Part shown: positions 13,988-27,700 of the stretch, one piece after another
Position numbering within the stretch: position 1 is the stretch's first letter
Layout: the number at the start of each line of letters is the position of its first letter
Origin: Paraspadella gotoi
Lineage: Eukaryota > Animalia > Chaetognatha
Reading direction: 5' to 3'
NCBI GenBank assembly: GCA_051294375.1
Contig: CM119265.1
Location: 14,732,963-14,796,962, forward strand
DNA: 64,000 bases
The notes under the pieces: model-generated
The model's database searches: none
Told to the model about the DNA's origin: nothing
The model's input: only the letters and a program-made list of their open reading frames with translations
Position numbers and translations under genes: made by a program

Positions 13988-16900
13988 GTCTCTTCTCTCT
14001 CTCTCTTCTCTCTCTCTCTTTCGCTTTCCTCTCTCTCCCACAGTGTCTCTCGCTGTTTTCTCTTTTTCCTTTTCTTGTCTACTTTTTTTGCTGGCTTTTC
14101 AATATTAATTCAGATTTTCAGTTTCATCTTTTAATTCAATATTATGCCATTTATAGATTATCTTACTTCCCTTACCGTTTTCTTCCCATTTTTTCAATTT
14201 CAATGATTCGTATTCAACAATATTTCTTTTCAGGTCTTTCGTATTTAGTGCAGTGGAAGATGTAAAAACATTTTAAAATTTTACTGAAGAGAAATACCAT
14301 TCGAAAGTTTAAAAAGTTTCTTGCAATAATGCGTTTCCGCTGTTAATAAAAAACCTTTTGACAAGCAAATTGAGCTTTTTTTGTATTCCTTTTTAAAAGT
14401 TTTTTTAAAAAAAATTTCAAGCTCGTTTTTTTTTTCCCCGTCGTTCTCTCTCCTCTCCCCTCTTCCCTTTTTTCGTCCCCTCCCCAGTACCCCAGTCCCC
14501 ATCTCTTTCGGGGGAAAAACGAAATTAGCATGAAAGTCGCACCGGGAAAATGATGCACAAAAAACCGGACGGCACAAGAATGACGCCACAAAACGCGAAG
14601 AAAGCGAATGAACGCACATAAACGACGGCGAAATGAAATGACGCAGAGAGAAACCGACTTAAGACGTAACGAGACGCAACCCGCTTCCGGAAAAAAAAAT
14701 TTACGAATGCGTGGAAAAACGGTTGGTGTTGGCGGCGGCGGCGGCGGCGGCGGGGCGGCGGGCGCGGCGGCGGCGGCGGCGGCGGCGGCGGCAGGCGGCG
14801 GCGGGGCGGCGGTCGGCAGCTGTGAAGTCGCCCGAAAGTAAATAAGAATTTTAAGGAAGAGGAAGGAAAAAACGAACGATGAAGAACAAAGCTAAAAGCG
14901 AGAATTACTGTGAAGGCGCTTGGTTGAGGCGATAATTTTTTATCGCTTTTTGTTTTTCGGTTGCTTCCTTTCTACAAATTGCAATTGCAATTAAAGGGAA
15001 TTTGCAAGAAAGAACGAAAGGTTCCGAATGAAGGAGTCGGAGATCATTGGTTGTCATGTGGAAGACGAGCGGAAATTAACCTCCAAAAAAGTTAAAAGAG
15101 GGCGGCAATGGAATTCTACGGCCCATTAAAAGAAATCCACTGAAATTGTTTCTTGTCTCTATTGCATCTTTCCCCTAATATATCGGCTTCGGCTATTTAT
15201 TAATTTAATTATCATAGTCATAGTGCATAATCATAAATCATAGTCATAATCATAGTCATTATAATTAATCTTAGTCATAGAGCAATATAATTTTTAACAA
15301 TTTATCTTAATTAAAACTCCTCACCGTCCAAATAAAAAAAAAATGGCCCACCTGCAAAAAAGTTGCAATTACGTCATCAGCAAAGTCCTGACGCCATAAT
15401 TCGGAATATGACGATCGACGACGACGACGACGACGACCATCGTTACGCGCTTTTCCCCGCCTTTGGCCATAAATAGTGGTTCAACTCGGCCCGATGTGAA
15501 GAAAAAATCCTCCTACCCCGACATTAAACGCGGATATGTGGTGAGCCGTGAGGCGGCGGCCGTCATTGCGGGAAAGCGCGGGCGACGGTGGCAGCGGGTG
15601 GAGGAGAAAGAACTGCGGTGGACGGCGGTGGCCGGCGGTGGCGGGCGGTGCGGCGGTGGCGGCGGTGGCGGGGCGGCGCTGGCTCTTTTGGGAAACTGAG
15701 TTAAAAAATAAGAAGTTGGCCGTTCAAGTCCGAGGGTAGAGGGAGTATGTTTAAAGCGTCGGGAGCAGGGTTTAGGTAAAGTCGCCGCGGGAAAGGTCCG
15801 GCGGTGTATGAGGTGGTCAGGGCGATTACGCGCAAATGTGATTAAATTGGTGGTTTTGAGGACGGTTGCGGTTTTGGTAGATTGGTGGGTTAAATTGGTG
15901 ATTAAATTGGTGGTTTTGAGGACGGTTGCGGTTTTTGGTAGATTGGTGTATCGTGCCGTTGATCAAGAAGTGGGCTAGAAGTCAAGGTAAGTGTGTTTTT
16001 TTTTCCGCGGGCGAGGTCAGGGGTGGGTTAACGAGTCCGGGCGAGACGGGAAACGATGGCGGGTAAGGTCAGAAAGGGCGAGAAAGAAAACGAGGGTAAA
16101 TCACCGAAGGCGAGGTGGGCTCATTGGTCAAAGCGATCGCCGCAGAGTTGGATGTCGACGGAGTAAACGCCACGATTTACCGCCCGTCTTGCCGCGGCAT
16201 TGCCCGCCAATGTCCTGGCCTTTGCAGGCATTGCCCGATTATTTCCGGCGTTTTGGCCTTGGCATTGCAGGCGCTGCAAGGCATTGGCCCGTTCAATGAG
16301 AGACGTCGAATGTCGTCGAGTCTTTACCCCCCCCCACACCCGAAAAAAAAGGAAAATCTAGAAATGTCGCCGTGACACACGTGATTCGAAGAAAGGCAGT
16401 GATGACGACGACGACGACGACGACGCCTCGATGTCGAGGCGGACTATTAAAAGGGTGTTAAGGCTTTCCCCGGGTTCCGCGCGGGAACCCTTTGGCGGGA
16501 TAAATAAGGGGAATAAAATCGGCAGAATTTAGAGGTTTAATCTCTTCTCGGCGGTCAGGGGGGCGGTGTTTGATGGGGGTGGAGTCTGAACCTAGGGTAA
16601 GGAAGGGAGAAAGGGGAAGGGCATTGGTCATAGGAAAGAGAAAAAAAACCGATCTGTTGAGCATTTGGAGTGAGGAGATTAAAAAGTGATTACGAGATTA
16701 AGGGGAAAGCAGGTGTGAATAAAGGTGGAAGAGAAGAACAATAAATAAGGGTAAGGATGATTTAGAATTGAAACAGATTGTGACAGAGGAAATAAATTTA
16801 AAGGAATCGATAGAAGAAAGGTTTGAGATTGAAAGAAGAGAGAAAAAGGAAAAGCGTCTCTTCGCTCTTACGTCCACTGATTTTAAAATATCGGACCAAA

Positions 16901-17965
16901 TCGGCAAATTATTAATTGTTATTAAATTGCACAAACAAAGAGGTCTTGAAAGTAAACACTAGGGAAAGAATTGATCCTCTCATCGCAGAAGCAGTAAACG
17001 AGGAAGAGAAAGGAGGAGCAATAGCAGCGGTGGATCGGCGGCGGAAGCGGCGGCGCGAAGCCTGGCAACAGCGGCCCTTCTCGCTTCAGAGGATTAAGAT
17101 TAAGTGCAAGGTGTTTAAAGGTCTCAACCGCAGTCACGAAGGCGAGCGATGGGGAATGAGTGAGGTTTTAAAGTGTTAAAGGCTCAGAAGATAAAAGGGT
17201 AAGACAAGGAGGGAAAAAAAGAACGAGAACAAACCGACCAGACCAACGTCAACGAAGGAGCCAACAATCGACTACATACCAAGAAACAAAAGCAATTGAT
17301 AAATATAATAGCGTGTAGCAAAACGGAAGTAAAACTAATTTGAATGATTGCGATTATTTAGAGTTAGGAACTCATGGAGAGAAAGCTTTAAAAATTAAAA
17401 TAACCGAAAGAAGAATTTGAACACGCCCAAAAACAAGAAGCAGAAATATAGAAACTTTTTTTCTTAGAAATAAAAACGGCGTAATCAATTGAAATAGAGC
17501 AAGCAAGATGAATACGACACAATATAGGGAAGGGGGGGAGAGCGGCTTGGGTGGAAAGGAAAAGTGGAAAGATCGTAAGGAATGAGAAAAAGTTGAATCA
17601 AATCTTTAAAGAAAGCGAAAGGGGACGAAAAAGGAACGAAGCGCACATAGAGGGAAAGGTTCGCGAGTAAGATTAAGCAACGGAAGGTGGCGGAGGGTGA
17701 GGAGAGCGCCGGGACGCCGCCGAGGGCCTCCAGCTGCGGAGAGTCAGTGAAGCAGCGAGCAAGTGTTGTTGTACAGGTCCGCGGCTTCGCGATGATGTTG
17801 AACGATAGCTCCCATGAAAAAACGAGTCTGCTTTCTTAGCGGCCTAGAGAGAAATGCGTGTGGAAAACCAGAGAGGAAGGAAAGGAAGGGTGGCTGCTCG
17901 CTCTGGTGGGATGGTTGTACCCTCGTGCTGTGCCGCACCGCAATTTCAGAATCCCCCCATCCCTC

Positions 17966-18014
<49 letters not shown>

Positions 18015-18650
18015 CTGCTCTCTCTCTCTGCTCTCTCTCTCTCTCCCTTCCCTGTGGGTGTGTAAAGTAGGAGAGAGAGCGAGAGAAAGAGAGGAATGAA
18101 ATCACAAAACCAAGAGAGTTTAGATTTTGGGCAGCAATAATTCACATCGTGGCGGCCTAGAAGGCCTTGAGAAAATCAGAGGCGTGACGGCGGCGGAGTG
18201 CGAACGGTGGCATGGTGGCGGGCGGGCGGCGACGGCGTCGGCCGGTTTTTTTTAAAGTAAAGGTGGTTCGACAGGCATTTGGTGGTCGTCTTGGCTGTGC
18301 TGATTTTTGTTACAGGAGTTTGACGGGTCTTAAACGGATAGCGCGAATGGAAAGAGTTGTATAGCCGACGGACTCGTGGTGGTGCCCGATTAAGAGGGTG
18401 GTTGTGGGTGGAAGGCAGATGGAGGCTGCGGAGGCGATGTTGTTGATTTTGTTCTCGGGCGGCTTTGGCGGCGGCCGTGCGGCAAGCGGCTGGAGCGGCG
18501 AAGGCGGCAGAGGGCGGCGTGAAGCTGCTGGATTCCCTCCACGGGCTTTTTTTAATGCCCCTAAAGGAATTGAAAAAAAGGGGGGGAAGAGAGAGAGAGA
18601 GAAAAAAAGCAGAAGAGGATAGAGAGAAGAGAAGAGAGAGAGAGAGAGAC

Positions 18651-18688
<38 letters not shown>

Positions 18689-20762
18689 GGAGAGTGGTGA
18701 AATAGTGAGAGGAGAGAGAGTAGAGAGCAGGGTGTTTAAGGAACGAAGAGAGAGGGAGAGGTCGATTTTGGTTACGTAGAGAGTCAAGAAAGAGGGTGGA
18801 AGAAGAGAAACGTACAAAGAGAAGCAAGAAAGATGAGAGAAATTAGTTATATAATTATTTTTAATTATTCATATAGAATTTATGCTTTTTTTTTGCTTCT
18901 TCAATTCAGTTTTTTTATGTCACTTTTTTATTTTTCCGCTATTTTCGCGCTTTTTCTTTTCGATTTTTACTTTTCTTTCTTTCTTTTCTTTTTTCTTCTT
19001 TTCTTTCTTTTTTTCCTTTTTCGTAATTTTTTTCCTTCTTTTCCGCCCGTCTTTCTCTCGCTCCCCTTTAACCTCGTCTCTCCGTCGCTTTTTCCATGTT
19101 CTGGCCTGATTGATTTGCAATAATGATGATGATCCCAATCAATCAGAAGCCCGGAAACAAATGGCAGTACTATTTTCGCGCCCGGCTCAGGTTGCGGCCG
19201 GCGGCTTGCGACGGCCGCGCCCGGCGAACGGCGAACGGCTGCCGCGAGTATGGCTGCGGCGTGAGCGAATATGGAGGCGGGTATTATTAGGGAACAGCGG
19301 GGGGGGGGGCTTAGGCGAGTCTCGTTCGGTTCGTAATTCGGTTTTATGTGTTGTTTATTAGTATTACCATTTCTTATAATTTTATAAACTGCGTAAAAAT
19401 TCCTACTAAGTACGGAGGAAATTCTTTTTTTAGCCGCAAAGTCTCGACGCATTTTGGAAATTCTTTCCGGCGTCGGCATAATTTCTCTTCGGATGATTGA
19501 GTTTCGCGAATCGAAATTCATTAAGAAATTGGGGGGGGGATGGGGGATTGAATGAGGCGAGGGGGAGATTTGGGAGTAAGGGGGAAGTGAAGGTGATACT
19601 CGCGGTCGGCGGTTAACAAGTAATGCGGTGAAATACCGAAGAATTTGAAACGTTAAAACTTTGAATATAAGTATTTAGTATTTTTTTACGTAGATTTACA
19701 TTCGCAATATATATGTTGGAAGAAAAAGAACACGAAGGAAGGGGACGACAAGAGAGGGGAGTCCGAAATCGGCGTGGGGCGGCCCACTTTTTTAACACCA
19801 GCTGAGTCCATTCGTTCGTCGTCGTGCGTCGTCGTCGTCGTCGTCGCGTCGTCGTCGTCTCGTCGTCGTTCGTTACAGTCGTTCGTCGTCAAGCGCGGCG
19901 GAAGTGATTAGAAATCCGCGAAGCTTGATGACAATAATATTTCTTTCCCGCCAGAAACGAGATTCAATCGCGGAAAAAGAAGCGAAAGAGAGAAATTTTC
20001 TTTTTCTCTCCCTCAGATATCTTTGGTGGGTATTGGGTGTGTGTTGGAGTGGGGTAAATGTGGGTAAGTTTGGAGTAGCGATTCTGACAAACTTAATTTG
20101 TATATCAACGATTTCGTCATCGAGTCATATCGATCGGATGAATTTGTGGGGTTCCACCCTGCGTTTTTCAATTCCCAACTAAAAGAGTCTTTTTCAACCA
20201 CGTAATAAAAGCTTCGGAGTTTTAAAGTGACAAAAAAGCGATTTAAAATTATCAACTATGAAGAAAAATTCAAGAAAATGAATTTGACTTGTCAGCTTGT
20301 AAGTATTTTTACGGCGATCGAGAAAAATTCAAAAACTTAAAATTTTTTCTTGGCAGTGATACTGCACTGGTAGAATGCTTAATCTCAGGCCATTTACATT
20401 GTACATTGTACAAACATTGTACAAACATTAGTTGAGTTACCAATCGCGCGCATGTGATCGACCTCGAAGTCCGAAACGTCGCAGGCCGGAAATGGAGATG
20501 GGAAGAGAGGGTAAGGGGAGGTGAGGCTGCGGCGCCTTCAGCGGCGGAATCGGCGTCCCCGACGTCGAAGGCGGCGGCGGGGTAGGAGGGGTGACTTGCG
20601 CCGCCGGGAAAGCCAGCGGTAGAGGCGGTGGCGAAGGCGGCCGTCCGAGAGAATAAAGGGAAGAAGGGGAAAAGTCATTGCCGTTGATTTAGTGCAGGCA
20701 TAAAGGAATGGCGGAGGATAAAAGGAGAGGGAAAAAAAGTGAGGAAGCAAACTGAAAGGGGG

Positions 20763-20795
<33 letters not shown>

Positions 20796-21102
20796 AGGGA
20801 AGAGAGAGAGAGAAGAGAGAGAGAGAAGAGAGCGATGTTTTAACTAGTCGGCCAGACCTTGTTCTTGAAAAGTAACGATTGTACAGTTGTTATTGTAACT
20901 ATTACAAACGAATTAGATAATTAATTAATTGATTAATTAATTACAATAAAGTTTTAAAAAATTGATGCAGACGTGCAGAGCAAGACTTCTTTCATTGTTT
21001 TTAATGCGTTTGAAAAAAGATAAAAAGAAAAAAAGGAAAAAAAGGAATTGAGAATAATCCGTCTGCCCTCTCTCGATGTTGAGACCCTGAGGCGAGGGAG
21101 AG

Positions 21103-21165
<63 letters not shown>

Positions 21166-21755
21166 TCTTTTCGAGGGTGACTTCGGGGGGCGGGAGGCGA
21201 TGAGGGGCGGCTTGATCCCCTTTAATCCCATCATCAAAAAAGCATCCATTTTACCCGAAAAAAAAAAATGAAGGAAATCTATTCATTTTTTCATTTTTTT
21301 TCCTGTGGGATTGACTTCTCTGACGGGTCCACCGCGACTATGAAAGACAAAGAAATACAAAAAAAAATGGGAAAAAAGCAACAAAAAAGGGAATTAATAA
21401 CTATTATAACCACAAAGAAGAAACAAGAGAACCAAAAAAAAAAAAAACAGTACCTCCAGTAGAAGTTTTAAGATTTGCCTTTGGCGACAAAATTAATCGA
21501 AATTCCTTTTTTTTTTAGTTTTGTTTAAAAAAAGGTAATTAAAACGGAACTAAATGTATCATATATAGTTCCGGAAAGAAGTTACTATTCTTTGACATTT
21601 GTGGGAATGCGCGAAGGGGCCAGACGCCCCCCCCCAAAAAAAAAAATTCTCTTTTCATCGTCTTTTTCCTTGATTTACGAAGATTTATGACAAAAAAAAC
21701 GGAAGTCGCTACAATTAAGAAAAAGCGTCTATTTATGGCCCTCTCCCTTCTCTCT

Positions 21756-21790
<35 letters not shown>

Positions 21791-24700
21791 AATCTCTCTC
21801 TCTCTCTCTCTCTCTCCCCTCCCCGGCCTCCCCATCTCAGTTTCTCTCTCGATCTCAGTTTTCTCCGCGCGAGCAAGACGTGTTATGGCTGTTCTGACTT
21901 CGAGGTCACAGCGGCGAGTCGACTACGACGACGACAACGACGACGACGAGGTCAAAGGTCAAACCAAAACGGGCGACTTACATATGTTGTGGTGACGAGA
22001 AAAAAGGCGCGAGAGGAGAAGAGATAATGCGGGCCCCGGCCAATACCGCGCAGCCGGGCGTGAAGGGTATACGTTTTTTTTTTTTTTTTTTGTTTTATGG
22101 CTCAAAGTCAGAGGTCTAAAAACTCGATAACGGGTTCACCTTGCATGGAGTCTCTCGATCCTTTTGTGGGAGCTGTGTCTCTGGTTTCGGCTTTCGGTCC
22201 GTGTCCGCTGTCACACTCGTGGTTCACTCAGCTCGCCTTGGATCCGCATTATCAAGTATTTAGATATTTATTTGTGAGACTCTCCTATTTATTATGTGCT
22301 AGTGTAATAAGGCTCCTTTATTTATTTATTTATTTTATTTATTTAGTATAGCAATACGGCGTTATTTTATTTATTTATTTAATTAATTAATTAATACACA
22401 GTACAAGCTTTAATTTATTTTCTACCTTAGGTAAACATCATTTCGTAAATTGAAAAAAAATTTTAAAGTAACCTTATGATTTCATTATTAATTTTCTGGT
22501 CTCGGTCTGTATTACTCTGTAACGCCCCCCGCATTTTTTTAAATNNNNNNNNNNACAAACGAAGACACAAACTTCGCTTCTTTTTTGATGTCATAATTCG
22601 ATTCGATCGCCGGCGTTTGGTTGTTGACCGACGAATGTCTGCCGATATTTATTGATGTTTAATACTTTTAGATACTGTTATAATATTTAAAACATGCTCG
22701 AAATGCAGCGTTTCCAACGAAATTCCTCATTTTCCGTTTTCAATAATATCATTGCTACGTCAATGCCCGAAATATGATTCATTCACTAGAATTTGATTTG
22801 CGTGCCTTCGAGATTTGTTTCGCCCGTCATCGCGCTCGAAAAACGGCGCCAATTTAAATCGAGTAGAATTCGCGATTTGTCAAATTCCATCGTCGCTTCG
22901 CACGAAAACATCGAAATTGGTTCCATCTTACGGAAACAACGGAATCTTTTGTTTTCTGCGAATTCGTTTCGTCTAATTCCGTTTTCTTGCGGCGAAAGAG
23001 GGCAGTTGAGAAGAGAGGAGAGGCGCGAAAGAAAAATCAAAAAAAGGCCTTAAACCACCAAAGCCTGTCCAAAGTCAGGGGCAAGATAGCTTATTTATTA
23101 AATGAATGGATAATTTTTATATTAGTTGTACCAATTTCATAATAAAATCAAAGAAGGAAATACGTTCGTTTGAAACAGGACCGGATCGCGAAAGAGGGAT
23201 TGCAAATCTCCCCATCAACTGCAAACATGAACGATCACTTTTATTTTCTCCCAGGCTTTAATATTCAACAAAAGTCAGCGTCAAATTTAGTTAAAACAAT
23301 TTCGGACGAACAAAGTTATTTTTCCGGAAATTCCGCTGCCCGAAAGACCTTCTTTCGCCGGAAGATCGTCGGCCAACTGGAAAAAAAAGAGGAACTCCGG
23401 GCCGGGATGTCGGGATGTCCATTTGTCCGTCCGTTTCTTCGTCCATTCGCGACAGATTTATGGTCAAGATGCGTGCGACTCACCTCCGAAAAAAACCAAA
23501 TTCATAGGCGACAATAAAATCTTATTCGTGACAGGTTTACAGCCGATTCATGAATTCTTTTTAATCTCGGATTATTTACGACGACGGAATACGATGTAAC
23601 GTTTAATAAATCTGAGATGCTTCGTTTTTCTCGACATCTTTTTCATGGGACAAAATTGCTGGAATATAAATTAATAATTTTACCAAGTCGTTCCTATGGT
23701 AACAAACATGAATTATATTACGACCTCGTTGAATAATAAATGATCCAAAAGAGTTGAGAGGTAAGAGGAATCCATTGCTTTAGGAGATGACGACTGAAAC
23801 TGGAGCAGATTCGGAAGTTGCTTCTTATTTTTTTTTTATTGCGTGTTTCGGCGATAATTTTATCCGCGTCAAAAATTCCAGAGAAGAGAAAAATATTTTT
23901 TTTTTGTAGTCGTTGATGTTAATACTGCTAAAACTTGACAAATACATTTAAATCAATCGATTAAATCTAATCTAATAAATAAAAATAAAACACATTCAAC
24001 GAACACATCAAAAAGAAATCTCCAAACAAAATCAAAATCTTTTTTTTTCTTTTCTCATCCCTTCATTTTTATTTTTATCCTTTTTCTATCTTTGTTCCTT
24101 ATTTTTTCTCTCCCGTTAAAAAAAAAACGCGCGCGGGTGTCTCTTTAGCCTTCCAGGGTGTCACATGTTTTAATCTCAGTTCACCTGCCCTCGCTTCCCC
24201 TTCATTCCACTCGAGGGGAGTCGAACCAATCAGAGAAGAGTCGAGTCGGGGAGCCAATGGGAGAGCGAGGGAGCGACCGGCCAATGGGAAGCCGAGGAGA
24301 CGAAGAAGGTAGTGTTGGTAAAGGGGGAAGGGAGAGAGAGTGAAAGGTCCGGGGTTGTTTATTTTATCCCCAAGTAGTTTCTTATCGCGCCTCTTTAATC
24401 AGCCAATCTCGCTACATAAATTCTCTTTATAAATTATAACTTCTCTGCTTACTCACCTGGTAGAGCCTCACTAATCACTACTTTTTAGATTTAACCCACC
24501 TCTTCAATTCTTGAGTCGAGTTTGATGCTTATGGTGTTCGACTCTATTTTTCTCACTCGTTTATCCGAGACTCATTTTCCCACAATTTTCCGTTCTTTTT
24601 GTATTTTACAAGCCTTTTTTTTCTTTGTGCCTTTTTTTTTTTATTGTATTTTTCTTTTTTTTCCCTTTATTTTCTCATCTTTACTTCTTTTCTGCTCGAA

Positions 24701-27700
24701 CGCGTCTTTCTCAGCTTCAATCTTCTCCGTTTTTCTCGTCAAAAAAATCCTCTTTCCAGTTTATCTGCGACGCGCCGTGTCACGCTCGGTCCCAGAGAAT
24801 CACGCGACTTTGCAAACCGTGACGCGGCTTCGGTAGCCGTGACGCGCCGTCACAAAACGGTACGAAGGTGCGCCCACCTTTTGGGGGGGGGGTAGGATAT
24901 TCCCATCGGAGACATTGGGAAAGGTGAACTTTCGTAGCCTACCTTTCGTTTACGTTTACGATTCTTCATAGAATCTACACGATTCTACTACCATAAATAA
25001 ATAGTATTCCATTCTTAGCAAGTAAGTAATTGACTCGAGTCGTTATTTACTTACTCAACCAGTCACCGCTAACCAATCATTTACCGCCGTTCACTTGTTC
25101 GAGGTCATCACATTTTTTCACTCTTTTTAAAAAATTAAAGCAGATTTAAATAAAAAAATAAAAAAAAAAGAAAAAAAAAGAATAAAAAAAAAAAAAAAAT
25201 AAATAATATTAAAAAAGTTTTAAAAAATTTTTTTTTTTTTTTTATTCGGTCACCGGGTCGCCCATTGAGCGCTCAACGCTTCTCCGAAGACGTCACTGGC
25301 TGACGAGAGTCGAGACGCCTCATAATCATCTTCGACGTCACTTCCGGTGGAGCTAGATCAAGGAACGAACCGTCGATCGTCGTCGTCGTCGTCGTCGTCG
25401 TCTCTCGTTGTTGTCAATAATTATTCCACAAACTCCGGCCGCCGAATCGACGTCTGCCCAACGACGAGAGAGAGAAAGACTTTGGGTTTGAAGATTCCAA
25501 CAACTTCCTAGCAGTGATTTCTAATTTGGGTTATTTTCCAACAAGAATTTTGGACTTTACTAACTAATTATTTTTTTTTTCCCACTGAATAATATGACAC
25601 CTTTATTAAAAAACGGTTGGTTATACTTATCTTCTCTTTTAATAATAGAAAGTCACTGGGTTGAATTTTTCCTACTGCTTTCCAAAATACGGTAAGACAT
25701 GATTCTTTTACGACGGATCATTCCAAAATACGGCGTATCCATCCTTAATTAAGAAGAAACATAAAAACGATTATTTCATTGGTTAAAGACCAACTTTTTT
25801 AGAGATTAAATTGGTCGTAAGATCTGTCACGTTTTTTAGTTATAGTACTGGCTTAGGCAAAAAAGGCATGCTATAGTAATAAAAACTTTTTTCCCTTTTT
25901 TTCTACTCGTTTCTTATTTACGTTTCTCTTTTGAACTTTCTCTCTGTCTCGTCTCTCCTTTCCTCTCTGTCTTTCCCCTTTCTCTACTTTTTCTCTCCCT
26001 CAATATTATCTGTGGTCATCCATTCTTTTCTTCCTCTTTACCTTTATTCCCTTCCGCTCTATCTCTGTGCTTTTCTCCTCTCCTCTCTGATTCTCTTTCT
26101 TTCCTTTTTTTTTCCTTGTTTTTTCTTTTCTCTTAATTATTCCGTTCTTCCTCTTCTCCTCAATATAATTTTTTTTTTCGCACTTGTCTCTCCCTCTCCC
26201 TGCCCCTGTTTTTTTCGACCCATACTCTGCTTCTCTTATCTCTTTGTTTCTCTTTATCACTATTTTTTTCAAATATTTCAATGATTGGTAAGAAAAAAAT
26301 ATAGGGTATTGCAAAGATTTTATAAGGCCGAAGTTTGGTTGCCTGAGATTTAAAAAAATTCGACCAGATTTTTGGCGATTTTTTCCGCAAAAACGTGTCC
26401 GATTGGGAGAAAAAAATGTCCTGAAGCTGCCCTATGAATTAAAAGAATGCGGTTTTTTTTAAACTTGAACATAGTGGTGTTTCCTCATCTGATGAAACTA
26501 TAAAATTAGTTAAAAAACGAGTTTTTGTTATAAAAAAAAAATTGCACCCTCAACAAAAACGCTCAAAATTAAAAGTCGGCTTAAAATTATTTTTTACAGC
26601 CAAAGTATTGAATATTTTGCCATAATTTTTTAGGTGTTGGAAGCTCAGAGTTGGAATAGGAATATTTGCCTAGAATTTGTAAGTAAATCAAACAATCTTT
26701 GTTTAAACAAATTTGTAATAAAAACTAAAAATGTGAGTTTTTTGACTAGTCAATTTTTAAAATTTAATTAAAGGCGAAATTCAATAGATTTTTAATTGAA
26801 TATGAACTGATCAACGAGGTAGGCGAAGAATAAAAAGGACCCGAAAACTGAATAAAAATTTTTCTTAAAACCCTCTTGTCATTCAAAATCTCAGACAAAA
26901 GTCAACAATGGACAAAAATGGACAATATTTTTTTTATTAAAATAGCAAAAATGATATTGATATTCTTGATTGAAAATGCTACAGATGATTTCAAACTTAT
27001 CCGTAGTCTAAAGCCGCACTTTTGTCCTTTGGGTTCTAATTTAATATTTTGTAGGTAATATTCTAGCAATATTGCAAAAAGTGGTTTTTTTTGCGTGATT
27101 CCTCGATAAGAAATCACTGCCCAAACAAAGCATTCAAACTATGCCGCGCCTACCTCCTGCTACTTCAACTGCCGCTGGCCTCCGCCGCGTCGACAGCTGC
27201 CGCTGCCCGCCCCCTTCCGCCATAATATAGCTGCGCGCCTCCGCATGAAACCGGGCGCCAAAACAAAATCTAAGAAGGCCGACGATATTATTCACACCGA
27301 ATTCCCAACTTTCACCGGCGCCGAGATTAAAAAAAATAAAAAAAACAGAGGGAGAAAAGGAAAAGGAAAAAAAAAATCGAAATTGAATTTCGCTGAAAAT
27401 AAAAAAAAATTGAAAGCGTAAAAACGCATTTTTTCAACCTTCATCTGTTTTGGCTTTACGGAGAAGTTTTGAACTTTTATTTTTTGGGGAAAAAAAAGAA
27501 AATTTATGAAATAGATTTAATATTGCCGAGCGAATTGGAGAGAAGGTTGGATATTTGAAACTTCGACTGATAATACAATAATGCGCGGAACCTTAGTTTC
27601 TCCTCGAAAATGTCTTCTTTTGATTTTAAAATAGCAAAATAATAAATTTTTTTCTTAGTTAAAATTTAGATGTAGCTCCTGCTTTTTTTTTTCCCTCTTA

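Larger units (their letters stand above)
2369..24300. repeat. Giant imperfect inverted repeat (~11 kb arms, centre ~13500-13520), probably a fold-back long-read artefact
   Basis: 2381-2440 is the reverse complement of ~24230-24290, 4261 of 22555, 13011-13030 of 14032-14052, and 13340-13480 of 13545-13700. The arms differ mainly by 1-nt indels. Confidence 0.93.

Noticed and set aside
25511-27120. 12-bp inverted repeat gcagtgatttct / agaaatcactgc as possible TIRs
   Set aside because: Short, with no target-site duplication and no coding remnant; may be chance.
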